64,000 nucleotides of DNA, taken from NCBI GenBank assembly GCA_028534125.1, contig CM052817.1, forward strand, positions 47,618,001 to 47,682,000. Reading direction: 5' to 3'. A program made the translations under genes and the position numbers. Below, one piece after another: positions 50,371-63,190 of the stretch (positions are counted from its first letter, which is position 1; each line of letters begins with the position of its first letter). The notes beneath the pieces are model-generated. The model had not been told where the DNA came from and made no database searches. It was given only the letters and a program-made list of their open reading frames with translations. This DNA comes from Lama glama. Taxonomy: Eukaryota.

Positions 50371-51049
50371 GATTGTTTTTACATCTGTCCTCCCAGTAAC
50401 TTTCGGGGGTAATCAGGACAGGCATCACTTGCGTATGAGATGAATGTGGAAGGATGGGACCGCAGCCTCACTCCAAGCTGCCTGAGTTCACACAGCTGAT
50501 GTGATTTGGAAAGGAAACTAGAATACGTTTTCTGACTCCAGATCTAAGGCTTTCACCTTAACATTTTGAGCTGCCTAAACTAAGCTATTCCTTTGACATA
50601 TGTCCTGATGTAGAAACCTGTAGGAATGGGATGTGGAAAAGAGAATATAATCAGTGGTGCTATCACTAATCAACATGCTGTTATTTGTATGTATTTGATT
50701 TAATTGCAGTTGGTTTATTTAAGATAAATTTCTTAAAGCACTAAAAAAAAGCATAACTTCTATAAAAGGACCATATCTTGAATACCGTGTTAATTACTCC
50801 CTCTGAAGTGTAATACACACTGGCTTATCTATTACAGGAAATGGTCTGTGCCATCTTTCCTCCCATGGTTTGAGGACTATGGCTGGGGACCTGGGGTGGG
50901 GGGTGTGGGCTAACTGGGCGTGTATGGGCCCCTGGGGCCAAAACTAGCTGAGGAGAAGGAGCTTTACCTAAACTTAGTACAGCAAATCCTAAGAGGAGAG
51001 CACAGTTGAGGGCAGCAGGAAGCAGGGTCAGTTAAATGGGGAAGAGAGT

Positions 51050-51800
51050 GTGGGCAGGGGATTTTCTGTTGTCTTAGTGACAGAACCATATTAAAGAAGA
51101 GGCAGTGAAAATGGAAAAGAAGGGGTGGGTGGGATACTTGAGAAATAGGTACGCACTGCAGGAACTGGCAATTGGGGGCAAGGTGGCAACTGAGATTGTG
51201 CTAGATTTAGAATTTCAGTAACCAGAAGATGCTAATGCTCTTGGCATAAAGTAACGAAGTCCAAAGACAGACATGCCCCCTGGAGACAATATGGACTTAG
51301 TCTTAGACACGCTGAATTTAAAGTGAATTCAGGAGAGCCAGATGGTGATACCAAGTAAGCAGCTGAAAGATGGAATTGGAGTGTGCCAGCAAGATCACAT
51401 TTCCAATTTAGGTTTGGGGCATCATCCACGTGGACATGATAACTGCAGCTGTAGGAAGGAGTTGATGCAGCAAGGGAAAGCTGGGAGGAGAAGAAGTCTG
51501 TGTGAAGAGCTTTAGGGGGTGCCTAGAAGGTAGGAAATGAAGGCAGCCCTGGAAAATGAACGAGGGTAACTTGGAGAGGCGTGGAAAGAATGTGTCTCGT
51601 TTCATGAAAATCAAAGTAGGAGAAGTTTCAAAAAGGACATACTAAGATCAGCGTCTGAAGAAGTCGAACGAGCACTGAGACAAGGCCACTGGGGACATAG
51701 GTGATGAGAGGTGGGGCAGGGCGTCGAGTTGTGGGTCAGAGCTGGATGAAGAGAGTAGACTGGAGAATCGTAAGGAGATCTAAGTGATCAAATGGTTTGG
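51050..51800 (-). mobile_element. L2 fragment
   Basis: ttagtcttagacacgctgaatttaaagtg...tttgggggcatcatc-like and gagtgtttcaa-like L2 antisense motifs. Confidence 0.7.
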
Positions 51801-51887
51801 TTTTCTCTTTTTTCTAGGTGAGAAGGGTAAGGGAGAAAGAGTTTAAAACCTTTTTTTTAATTAAGTTGGATTCTTTCTTTTCTAAAC

Positions 51888-52309
51888 ATTTTTTTTATTG
51901 AAGTATAGTTTACAATGTGTTAACTTCTGGTGTACGGCATAATAGTTCATACATATGCATACATATATTCCTTTTCATTTTCTTTTTCATTATAGATTAC
52001 TACAAGATAACTGAACACAGTTCCCTGTGCTGTACAGTATAAACATGCATATCTATTTTATATATAGTAGTTAGTATCTGCAAATTTTGAACTCCCAATT
52101 TATTCCTTCCTACTCCCGTTCCCCCCAGTAACTGTAAGTTTATTTTCTATGTCTGTGAGTCTGTTTCTGTTTCGTAAATAAGTTCGTCTTGTTTTTAGAT
52201 TCCACATATAAGCGATATCATAAGGTATTTTTGTTTCTCTTTCTGGCTTACTTCACTGAGAATGACAATCTTCAGGTCCATCCATGTTTCTGCAAATGGC
52301 ATTATTTTC
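51888..52309 (-). mobile_element. Truncated lineage-specific L1 3' end
   Basis: ttttattgaagtatagtttacaatg...tagattccacatataagcgatatcat...gcaaatggcattatttt. Confidence 0.9.
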
Positions 52310-53309
52310 ACTCAAAATCAATGTCCTATGACCTAGACCTAAGAATCTCACCTGTATACGCATGCATCTGTACAACTCAACCTGGGATGTCCCCACTCCA
52401 ACCTGTGGATACAGATGTGGACTTATTAAGTATTTCCAGTTTTAGAAATTATCTTCTAAGACGGGGCATATTTGATCTACAAAGTAATGGAAAAGATATT
52501 TACTGTGTCATCTCAGTAAACTCAGTCTCTATTTCAGTAATTCTGCGTGTATTTCCAGCATGTGTGCACATGACTGAAGAGCAGTGATTGTGCAGGGGTT
52601 TGCAGATTAATATATATTAAAAAGATGGACAAAGCAGTTCTTATCCAGGTAGCTTGTTGTTTTAACCAATGATTATAGCATTATTTGAAAGAAAGGGGTT
52701 ATGCACATCAAATTTTGATTTTAAACATCAACAGTGTGAACTAAGTATTTGTTTTGATATTGTTGTTGCTTTTATCCCTGAATCTACCGAAGTGCCATAG
52801 CATAGAACCCTGATGAGTATGTAACAAGTGAATAAGTAAATGTACAAAAACACCTGATTTTTAGCAGTCTTAAAATTATCTTGAGAAGATAAGAAATTAG
52901 TAATGTGATAACAGTCAAGCCAACAAACCATCTTCTCGAACTGGCCAATATCATTCCTTCAACAAGTATTTATTGTGCGTTTGCTAAATTCCAGAGTATA
53001 GCAAGCAAAAAGTGTGTCCCTCCTTCAGGGCTCAGAGGCAGCAAAATGAATAATTACCTTCCTGTGATAGCTACTGTAATAGAGGCACTGTGGGAGGATT
53101 TAACAAGATTTTCTAAATCCTCCTCCAGGAGTCCATGCAGGACCCCCTGCGAGAGATAAAATTTTGGCTATTTGCTATTGGAGTTCTTACCATATCAAAT
53201 AATATTAAAGTGTCAGTAAGAAATTGTTAGGCAAACACTTGTGCAGAAAGAAAGAATTACAAGAAGATAGAACAGCATTACTTGCAGGTACAGAGGATTA
53301 AAAAAAGAC

Positions 53310-53540
53310 ACAAAGTTAATATTTATTAAATGTAAATAAAGGCCAGGAAATTTACAAAGTACATTATCTCATTTCCTCACAACCAACAATTCTCTATATT
53401 TCTTTTTTGGTAGCTGAGAATATTCAGTCTCAGAGAAGTCAAACCACTTTCTTAAAACCACACAGCCAACAGTTGAATTGCCAGGATTTGAAATCAAGTC
53501 AGATTGAGCATGTAGGCCACATGCTTACCACTAAACTATT
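53310..53540 (-). mobile_element. MIR SINE
   Basis: acattatctcatttcctcacaacc...tctcagagaagtcaa...ccaggatttgaaatcaagtc. Confidence 0.75.
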
Positions 53541-53619
53541 CAACACCTGCATTAGAATAACTGAGTTTAGCATAGCTGGACTCCAGTGTGTGTCCACTAG
53601 ATAGTACAGAAAAAGACAC

Positions 53620-54080
53620 TGGAAAGATAGATTAGGGCAGATGGTAAAGAGCTGAGTTTGCTAAGGATTTGGAGATTTTGTTTTTCCTGAGAGTAATAGG
53701 TAGCCATTGAAGATTTAAGCATAATAGTGACATGGTTGGGTTGGTATTTTAGGATGATTGCTTCCTATAACACATAGAGCCCACTGAAGGGAGAGCAAGC
53801 CTAGGGGATTGCCTCAAAAGATGTTGACCCCAAAAGTGAGAAGAAGTGAACTAAAGGGGTAGCAGCCTAGATTGAGAGATGAATGGGAGACTGTTCGAAG
53901 ATTTGGGATGTAGGATCAATATAGCTTGACTCATTGGATGTAAAGTATTAGAAAGTAAGAAGTCTGTAAGATGCCTCAGATACTTCTGCCTTAGTCAGTT
54001 AGGTAGTTTGTGGTGCTGTTAACCAACAGGAGAGACACCACAAAAGGACCACGTTTCACCAGAAGAAAATGAGGTGTTTA
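53620..54080 (-). mobile_element. L2 fragment
   Basis: gctaaggatttggagattt..tcctgagagtaatagg.agccattgaagattt. Confidence 0.7.
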
Positions 54081-54362
54081 CTATTATGATTATCATTATT
54101 ATTACTATTATAACTATTATTATTATTACAGTATAGTTGACTTGCAGTATTAGTTTCAGGCATACAACATAGTGATTCAATATTTTTATAGATTATTCTC
54201 CATTTAAAGTTATTATAAAATATTGGCTGTATTCCCTGTGCTGGACAATATATCCTTGTATGTCACTTGTTTCATATGTAGTAGTTTGTACCTCTTAATC
54301 CTCTACCCCTATTTTTCCCCTTCTCCCATCCTTCTTCCCACTGGTAACCACTAGTTTGTTCA
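54080..54362 (-). mobile_element. L1 3' end with (TAT)n tail
   Basis: (tat)n 54080-54128, then agtatagttgacttgcagtattagtttcagg...ctggtaaccactagtttgtt. Confidence 0.8.
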
Positions 54363-54479
54363 AATGAGCTCTGTTTTAAACATGTTGTTTTCAAAGTGAA
54401 CAATACCACATAGACAACTGGATACAATATGCTTTCTGATGTATCCGCCACCTCTTTTCCATTCTCATTTCCCATCGGT

Positions 54480-54810
54480 CTGCCTTTGATCTTTATGCTC
54501 CAGCCATTCTGAGCTCCATAGCTGTGATTCTCTGAATAAGCCTTGCTCTTTCAATACTGAGTATTTGCGTACGCTACTCCATCTTCTTGGACTTCCCTTG
54601 AAGAGAATATTCCTCTCTTGTGCCCTTGTAGTACTTCATGCATACATCTATTAAAACTCATCACATCTCACTGTTGTTTTATCCGCCTCCTTCACTAAAT
54701 GTAAGCACCTAGTGAGAGGGTCCTGATTTAATCACTTCCCAATACCTAGCACTTAAACTGTTACTGTTGTATGACAGGTGCTGAGGATGTTGTTTGAGCT
54801 AATAAACGCT
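54480..54810 (+). mobile_element. L2 3' fragment
   Basis: tatgctccagccattctga...cactaaatgtaagcacct...cccaatacctagcac. Confidence 0.6.
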
Positions 54811-54889
54811 TTTGGAAGTCAGGACTAGAGAGAAAGTCATCAGCATACAGTTACTTTGACAAAAATATTTGTTATAAATTAATATTTGT

Positions 54890-55125
54890 TAATGGCATGC
54901 ATGACTCTGGGGCAAGACTACCTGGATTTGAATCTTTTTCATAACTATTTACTTTGTGGATATTGAACATGTGACTTAACCTTTCTGTTATTTGGTTTTC
55001 TTATCTACTAAATGGAGATAGTAGTCATATCTACTCATAAAGTATTTGTGACCATTAAATAAGTTAGTACATTTAACCTATAACAATGTCTCGTACGTTA
55101 GAGAACTCAGACATTAGCTATTAAT
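54890..55125 (+). mobile_element. MIR SINE
   Basis: gactctgggg..agactacctggatttgaatct...gtgacttaacctttctg..tttcttatctactaaatggagata. Confidence 0.8.
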
Positions 55126-57984
55126 TTCCTGATTGGTCATGATGGGTTTCAGTCATATGGTAGGTATTTTTAGTCACAAGTTCCAGTTTCTCTCTCTCCC
55201 CCAAGGTTAAGTCTCCCTTAGGTTCTAAGAGAAAAAAGTTACATACTTAACAATGAGTAATGTTCTTCACCACACAGCTCGGAGGGAAGTAGAATTGAGG
55301 CTACTTTCATGTGGGTGAAATGGTTGTCACTACAGTGTAAACAGTATCTGCTTTAGTCTTCACGGTGGTCTACCAGATCCCTGGCTGATAAACTCATCCC
55401 TATTTTCCTCTTTTAAAATGTATTGAAGCTTAAGATATTTGAGTCAATTACATAATTTTTAAAAAATACAAGATAGGTAACAGATCTGGTTTTTTCTTTG
55501 AAATAAGTGTTTTATTTCTAAACTCTTGCTTTCTTAAAGTATCTCCCTACAAATCGCCAAAGATCAAATTTATCAGCAGACTTGAATAAGGTTTATACCA
55601 TTTTTAAGACATTGATTACATGTACTATGTTAAAAATTATTTATAATTAAAGAAAATGAGATTTATGTTTAGTGTTACTTGTTATATCTATGAAGAGTTC
55701 CCAATAATATGCAAATGAAGAAATCTGGACATTTTAAGAGACTTAAAAAACAATTAGCTAATATTTCTCTTTTTTTTGTCATGTTTCTAACAATGGATGT
55801 GGACTATAAGAATAGAAAGTTAAGAAATTTTCATGCAATTATAATTACAAAAATATAAGTTTTAACGTGTACTTTTGAGAAGTGATTTTTTTATAACCAA
55901 GTTACATATAATTCTGTAGAAGGCACCCCCTTACAACAAATTCAGTTAGTAAAACCTTGCCTGATCCAGTAATAAATCAAAATGTACTATTAAAGTACTG
56001 GCCCCACTCCAAATTATCCATTAAGGGCTTTGAAATAAAAATATTGTGTTCTGTATCTTAAATTGAAAGATTCATCACTTACTATATACATTCATTATTT
56101 TGATATTTTTAGCAAACTATAAGTACTAAAAATACTGAAAAATAACATACTGGTCCAACTTGACTACATAGAACTGGAAAATAAAAGATTAGTTGGTTAA
56201 TCTATTTATACTCTTTTTTTTAAATTTATAATAACAAATCAATTCTCAAAAGTTCTAAAGAATTAGATATTTCTAAATGTTCTCAGTTTGGAGAAGAAAC
56301 AAAGTATAATAGTTCTGTCTAAAACAGAGATCCACTGAGCGTATCCCAAAGTACTAGACTTTTCAGAAGCATGTGTCTGGCAGTGGATGATTATATTAGC
56401 CTTACCAAAACAAACAACTCCCCTGCTCCAAATAGCAGAGAGCTGTACAGTCTTTGAGGCCTATCTCTTGTGAAGAAAACATAGTACTACTTTCTTTGCG
56501 GGACAAAAAAAGAATCCCCTAGACCAGAAAATAATCTACATCTTAATATTAAATTTCAGTGGACTACGGCAGCAATATTCACTTAAATCTATTCATCAAT
56601 CTATTTATATACATACAAACTCAACTTTCAAACAATTAGATACTCCAGTACTTCTGATATTGGGATGATTGGAAACCCAATGTAAAATATGTGTTAGAAA
56701 TGTTTAAGGAAATGAAGTAGGGTACCCAAAATATGAGCAAAACAAATAAGAGGCTATGAATGATTGTACAGGAGAAATGAGATTCTTGCACTTAGCAGAG
56801 GCGGTGGGAATGGAGAGGCCAGAACAGACTAAAGAGCATTTGAGGGGATTGAATTGAATGGATTTAATGGAGGATTTAATGACTCTTCCTGTCAGAGATG
56901 AAGGAGATAGAGGAATTCACATAAATTTGATGTCTCCTTATTAAAAAAAAAATTCTGCATTCCCAGTGGAATCCTTCCTTCTGTTATTCTAGACTTTACA
57001 AGGTTACATAGGTGTGATTTCCTGACGTCAGAATCTAATCCCTTGTGTGCTTCCTGAATGATTCTATACTCTTCTCATCTCTGAAATTAGAGTTCTTCTT
57101 GATTTTATATTTTAAAGAAATGCCTAGAATAATAGCAAGGAAGAGCTCTAAGTAGATTTTTCAAAAAACTAAAGTCATACAGCTCTGTCTCAATTATATT
57201 CTGAGGGCAACACTAAAGCGCAGACAACTGAGAAGCCATTGTGTACTGTCCCCTAGACCAGGGCTACTACACTCTGTGTGGTCCATGGACAAGTGCAAAT
57301 CTGTGAGATGTTTGTTACTTGTTAGGGATGAATGTTCACTGTGGTAGAATTGTACTCCATGCTTGCTTCAACTGGCAGTCTTGTTAAAAGAAGCTAAAGA
57401 CCATCCCGCCACTCTCCCTAGTTATGGAAGACTGAATTGCGTAGTCTCAAGCTACAGTTCCACTACTTACTTTTCACAGTGAAACAGCCAGGAACTTAGT
57501 CCTTATGGTTAATTGCATGAGCAATGGATCAGACACAGCTGTTTTATTTGAGCCTCTTATACTGGTGCTACTGAGGTTTTTATCACCTACACATGTGAGG
57601 GTAATGGGACAATTCTACCAAATGAATACCTAATTGCACTTCCAGTTCCCTTCCAGGGAAGGGAAATCTTTGAGGTTTTAAACATTGTAAGGCTCCGACA
57701 TCCCACTTCAGGCTGTGGCATATGTTGACTACTTCTAATTTACAGGAGTAGGATAAAAGAGCTTTGGCTGATATGGGCTTTTAAAATTTGAATTAGAGAA
57801 AGCAGTAACTCCTCACAGTACAAAGGTGGTGTGGGATAAGCCACAGGCATACTGTAATTTATTTATATTAAGTAAGAGATATAGCTCACAGCCAAGATGG
57901 GCACAAACTGTTCTCTAGAGTAGACTGAGGCCAGCCATTCTATTGCGCAATAAAGTAGCACTGCCTTTAATCTGGCAGAATTAC

Positions 57985-58602
57985 AAGATAAAAGCACCCG
58001 CACTCCTTAAGTGTGAGCTGCACATAGCGATTTCTTTCCAAAGAGTGCAGTATGAAAAGAAGAGTGGGGAGGGCAACTTTACAAAGAGACAATGACAGGT
58101 GACCAAGGTCAACAGCAATAGTGAACAAACATGTTGATAGTATGTACCCCTGATGTGAGACGATGGAAATGCACTTTACCTTTGCAGTCTCCTCCCCGAA
58201 CTCAGTCTACTCATGAGAAAAGCATCAGTTAAATCCCGACAGAAGTCCATCTGCAAAATACCTGGCCAGGACTTCTCAAATCTGTCAAGGCTAGCCAGGC
58301 CAAGCAAAGTTTAAGAAACTGTCACAGCCAGGAGGAGTCTCAGAAGACAACTGAACATAATGTAGTATCCTGGATGGGATGCTGGAGCAGAAAAAAGTTA
58401 TCTAGTAAACTAAGGAAGTTTGAATTATAGACATTAGTCAGTATGTTTATTGGTTTATTAATTGTTGAACATGTACCATACATGTAAGATGTAAGATGTT
58501 AATAATAGGGGAACCCAGGTGCAGGGTATATGAGAACTCTGTTATTTCACAAGTTTTCTGTAAATCAGTAACTGTTTTAAGAGATCAAATTTACTTTAAA
58601 AA
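57985..58602 (+). mobile_element. L1MC-like 3' end
   Basis: cactccttaagtgtgagctgcacatagcgatttctttccaaagagt...atcctggatgggatgctggagcagaaaa...gtaagatgttaataataggggaa. Confidence 0.85.
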
Positions 58603-58639
58603 TCAATAGAAAGAAATCACTGACTATATAAATCAGGAT

Positions 58640-59115
58640 AACTGGAACTACTTGAGATACTTCAATTAGAAAAATTTAATATCAAGAATTGGTTACACAA
58701 GTGATGGAAGAGCTAAGAAACCAAACAGAAAAGAGGTGAAAGCTGCTGCCCCTCCAGGTGCTGGAGGGTCAGGGGGTGGCGTCAGTGGGCTCTGGTGCTG
58801 GCCATCCTGGAGAACCTGAAACAGCAGAGAGGCTGGAGCTGGGGCCACAAAGCGAAGGATGAGGTGGTGGAAGGCCGGAGCCACGAGGGGGATGCAGATG
58901 GTACAGAAAATGCCACAAGCGGCAGAAAGAAAAGAGAAGTGATTTTCTGGCTTCTTCTGTCCTTCCATTTTCTAATCTTCTGCCAGGGCCTCTTGTTGAC
59001 CTAACCGATTAGAAGCCAGAAGGACATGGAAGCCTGGGGACTGTGGTTACTTGAAGTAGAGAACAGAGGAAGGGAAGGGCCAAAATGGATCTGAGAGCAA
59101 AGAGGCATCTAACAA
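58640..59115 (-). mobile_element. Old ERVL-type LTR (LTR67B/LTR79-like)
   Basis: aatttaatatcaagaattggttacacaagtgatggaagagct...tcttctgccagggcctcttgttgacc...tggatctgagagcaaa. Confidence 0.6.
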
Positions 59116-59315
59116 ACGCTACCACATTTCTTTTAATTGCATCTTTTTACATTATACTGAGAATGAGAAGATTGATTATTGTAAATTCTATAATCTTTGT
59201 TTCTTTGGTTCTGTGTGGGAAGAAGAAAACCATGTTTATTTACTTCTAAGGGACGTTAATTAGTGTCTAGTAATTCCTGTCATCTTTACTTCCTCCCTTC
59301 TCACTTCTTACTCAC

Positions 59316-60163
59316 ATTTTCAAAATTGTATTGTTTCCCCTTTTAGTATTTGGAATTAGCTTCTATCTTCATGAGCAGTTTTACTCCAAACGCTGTATCT
59401 CCTTGAATCAACTGTGAAACTTTTTCAAATTAGTTCTTTTCTTGAATTGAGGTATAGTCAGTTTACGATGTTGTGTCAATTTCTGGTGTACAGCATAATG
59501 TCATACTTGGATGTGCATGTATTCATTTTCATATTCTTCTTCACTGTAGGCTACTACATCGAATTAGTTTTAATCACAGTCATGTTCTTATTGTGGAAGA
59601 TGATGTCAAAAGATGCATGAACCTCCTAAAAGAATTTTTTAAAAACCGTTATTCTTTTGCTCTTTCATTGAAATAGAGAAAAGTAGAGGACCTCTCAGTG
59701 AATCAGAGACCAGTTGAATATTATGAATTTTCCAGAATGGACAAACATATTGAGTGTCTGGGAGGAAGCACGTTGTGAGAGGGAGTATGGCCATGGCGTC
59801 AGTGGGTGGGGCACTTCCGGAAGAAAGAACGCTGTGCATAAAGTTTCCTTGAGGCTTTGTGTAAAGCTAGGTTAATAGTTGTTCCAGATGTTCCCATTTT
59901 GCCGAACTTTGAGCTTTCATTAAGACAGAAAATACCACTACCACCCATGGAGTCTAGCTCACACTTCCACTTGAGAGACCAAGTTATGCCGCCAGCCACC
60001 ATCACTAACCCAGGCAAGACACTTGCAAGAGCTTCCATCCTGCAGTGCTTGATGACATCACTGGCTTTCCAGAATTCTTGTTGGAAGACCTCAGTTGACA
60101 GTCTCTCAATAGTAGGAATTCCTTATGCTCAAGGAAATGGAAGATAAAGTTCATTCTCAGGAA
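59316..60163 (-). pseudogene. Decayed JmjC (cupin-8; KDM8/HSPBAP1/JMJD4-like) dioxygenase coding exon
   Basis: Acceptor ttttgttttaactatag| and donor aat|gtgagt. Broken-frame peptides in order: IPTIERLSTEVFQQEF, SGKPV, GWKLLQ, VAG..QVEV*ARLHGW*W, VLMK, KLYAQRSFF, TLNMFV, NLKKF..FKEIQRLE/VKL..LIP, GKQYNFEN. They parallel KDM8 (RPSLQHFREQF..GRPV, PVEVGSRYTDEEW..LM, YLAQHQLF, TINAWF) and HSPBAP1 (DLKRFPQFRKAQRHAVTL..LFVP). Confidence 0.7.
59436..59558 (-). mobile_element. Short L1 3'-end insertion inside the JmjC relic
   Basis: gaggtatagtcagtttacgatgttgtgtcaatttctggtgtacagcat...; TSD tcaaattagtt (59425-59435) / tcgaattagtt (59559-59569). Confidence 0.85.
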
Positions 60164-60621
60164 CTATAGTTAAAACAAAATCAACAGTAATATTAAATTA
60201 AAGGTTTAAAATATTAAAAAAAAATAGGCAGCCTTTCAATCTAATAAAGTGTTGGATGGCACTGTCTATACTGTGTGTGCATACAGTTAGTGTATTATGT
60301 ATGTATACATACATATTTACATAATTCAGAGACTGTATCTTGTATATCATACAAATCATGCATTAATGCAGAAGATATTCAGAGATTATTATGTTAGATA
60401 TCCATGAGCTGAAACACAGATTTCAGGGTATGTTTTCTTCCCAGGAGGCTGTGATTATGGCAGTAAGGAAAAGATGCTGGCTCCTACAGTCCATTTTTGG
60501 AACTAATTCCAGCATCACCAGGGATGTCATCATTACTATGACATATATATGCAAGTTTAACAACATGATTTAAGCAGAATGATGTGCATCAAAAAATTAA
60601 AAGAAAAGAAATGCACTTTAC

Positions 60622-60694
60622 CTTGGTGCCCAGGACAGCCATGACCATACCCGTGTGGGTAAGACTAGGAGGAAGGGTACACACTGTGGCAGAG
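60622..60694 (-). pseudogene. Putative 73-nt exon 2 of the relic gene
   Basis: Strong acceptor cttttctccccacag| and donor aag|gtaaag. Reads (A)LPQCVPFLL then (shift) SYPHGYGHGCPGHQ, ending in phase 1, compatible with the JmjC exon frame (V-PENEL). Confidence 0.5.
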
Positions 60695-61702
60695 CTGTGG
60701 GGAGAAAAGCAGACCAGAAACCTTAAAGCTGCTCACTGCTGATGCGAGCTTAGTCTCGTTCAGCATCGGCAGGATTGATATTTAGCCTAGAAGCTCTTTC
60801 CAGCAGAAAACTTAATCTTCTTAGGACACAAAGGAATGACTATTTTTTCCTGTGTTCCCCCAGTTCCAACGAGTGTGTCATCACACACTAAAAGTATAGT
60901 AAATGTTCTGGCTGGAAGTTTTTTCTTTTTTCCTAAACCTCTAAGAGCTTTTGGTTTCTTCAGTTCTCCCATGCATCTTGCATACTGATTCAAGCTTAAT
61001 CTACCTAAAAAAGCAAGCAAGCAATAAGTACAGAAAACACCCAGACTTACAGGGCTTGGTCAGGGTGCTTTCCATACACTCAGATTGATAAGGCTCTCAA
61101 TCTGTACCATACGTAGAATGTCCTACATTTTCACCTTCTCATTCCAGGCACTAGGATTGTGATTACATCTGTTGGTTGGGGTTGGGGTCCAGACTCTTCA
61201 GTTATGCACAGCTACCTGTCCCAGAGGTAGGGAAAGGAGCCCTGGGTGGACACCGTGGGAGAAAATGAGCAACAATGGGATTTTGAAAGTCTGGAAACTA
61301 GAATATGCCTGAGAACCAGGAGCAAGGGGTTATTAACTGAAAGAATAGGAGATGCAGAGCCTTTAAAGTGGAGCTAAACCGGAAACAGAACAAGACTGGT
61401 AACCCAAAGGAAGGGGAGTGGTCAGGAGGCTGAGCAGTGGTCAATGTCTAGTCCAGAAAGAGCAGGAGGCAAGGATTAAAGTCAGTGAGTTCATTAAGGC
61501 AATGAATTCACATCTCAAGCAAAACCAAATAAGGATCAAAACCCATTGTGTGTTGGGGGACGTGGGGGGAAGAGATGGCGAGAGCAGCAGGCCTGGTGGG
61601 CAACCGACTGATAGGCAATAAAGGGTGAAGGGTGCAAGAGGGGTCTGAGTAATTGCCTAGGACAGTATGTGCATTGGAGGCTTGCCTTTATCATGGCCGG
61701 TG

Positions 61703-61892
61703 GAGTGGTTCTCACAGTGTGTCCCCAGGCCGAAGCAGTGCGCTCACCTGCAACTTGTCAGCCATGTGCGTTCTTGGGCCCACCTCAGGCCTACTCAGTC
61801 AGAAACTGGGCTTCTGGTAGCGGGCGCCGCGGTCTGTGTTGTAACAAACCCTCCAGGTGGTTCTGATTCTCACAAAAATTTGAGACCCACTG
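61703..61892. mobile_element. MER5A hAT MITE
   Basis: agtggttctcacagtgtgtcccc...cctactcagtcagaaact...aacaaaccctccaggtggttctgat...tttgagacccactg with terminal inverted repeats. Confidence 0.85.
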
Positions 61893-62069
61893 GGCTAGCA
61901 GGTAAGGCTAGTGTAAAAGTAGGAGGTAGAGTGAACTGTAGAAAAACCCAGAGATCCTTCCTCGGGAATTTCTTTTTTAAGAAAAAATGAAATTTCATTT
62001 CAGTAATTCCATATTACAAAATAATGAGTTCTATTTGCTAAACAGATGTTTAGCAAAACACCTGATAGC

Positions 62070-62562
62070 TTTTCTTTGTCCCTTCCCATCCACTCTCCAC
62101 CCTTTCCCACCCTGCTCTGTGCCCTGGGAAGGGCAAGCTGACTTGTAAAGCCTGCATCAAGAAGGTCCCTGGCTCTGTGGTTCTGCCTGGATTCAGCTCA
62201 TGGGGGCCCCCAGCAAGACAGTGTACAGAGGAAAGATAATGAGGCCAGTTTCTTTCCCTGGTCCCCTCTCTCTACAGGGTTGCCTTGGGATGCCTGTGTC
62301 CTTTGATCAGGGTCACGTCTCCTCGCTCCAGGATTCTCTTCTCCCTGATTCAAGTGGCAGCTCCCTCCCATTGTCCCCTTGGGCTTAGGAGTGGTGGCAG
62401 CTTTATTGCTCCTGTCTCTGAGTAACTTTACTATTACCTGTGGTTCTGCTGAAACTCACCAGCACCTTTCCAGAATAAGCTTTTTAAAATAGCACCTTTG
62501 GCAATAAATTCATCACAAATTATCCAAATTAAAGTGTTCCATCTGTTTTTTATTGGGACTGT
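62070..62562 (+). mobile_element. LTR33-like ERVL LTR
   Basis: tccactctccaccctttcccaccctgctctgtgccctggg...gggcttaggagtggtggcag...aataaa...gtgttccatctgttt. Confidence 0.85.
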
Positions 62563-63190
62563 GTGTAAGACTCACGTACCTCCTCAGCTTCCCTGCATCC
62601 TCAGCTGCCTGCTCTCTGTGCCTAAGTTGCCTCCACTCGGTCAACCCTCTGCTGGGACCTCTGTTGCCTCTGACCAGCCAATCTCTCACCCTGGGGGTGT
62701 GGGGCCCTTTCCCTAACCTCCAGAACAATCAGGCTGACCTGCCACATGCCTAGAGGTTCTGATTCCTGCTACGCCTTCTGGGCTTAAATGAAATAGCACC
62801 CCACGGGATTGAGATTTGGCATCCCAGACAACCACAGATGGGACCAAGTGATGAAATGAAACCCGGAAGTTGACGGTGGTTGACCAATGGGAAATAGGAG
62901 ACAGGAGGGAGCGAGGCAGATCATGCTCTGATGCATGGTTTTTCCTTGCAGCCATCAAGAAAAGTCTCCCGGGCCGAGTACATTTACCCCCAAGAAATAT
63001 GTTGTGTCTATGGCTCATGGTGATGTGGCAGCCAGCGTGGTCAAGGACCACTCCCTAATGCTTCTCATTTTCCTTTGTCTCGCTGTCACTTATCCCACTT
63101 TGCTGCCTTGGGTTTACAAAGTCCAAAATAAGGCAGAGCACTTTCATTCTAGCCTGAGGCCCCGTTATGCAGAGACCCCTGGTTAAACCG
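62563..63190 (+). mobile_element. LTR16-like ERVL LTR
   Basis: acccggaagt...tgaccaatgggaaataggagacaggagggagc...tcctttgtctcgctgtc...caaaataag...agcctgaggc. Confidence 0.75.

Noticed and set aside
59330..59420. LIQGDTAFGVKLLMKI as a NACHT/P-loop motif
   Set aside because: No GK[S/T] and no further NACHT motifs; an alternative frame fits the JmjC C-terminal part better.
59473..59676. Plus-strand peptide VLIVEDD resembling a bacterial response-regulator receiver
   Set aside because: Only seven residues match, the ORF starts inside an L1, and the opposite strand explains the region as a JmjC relic.
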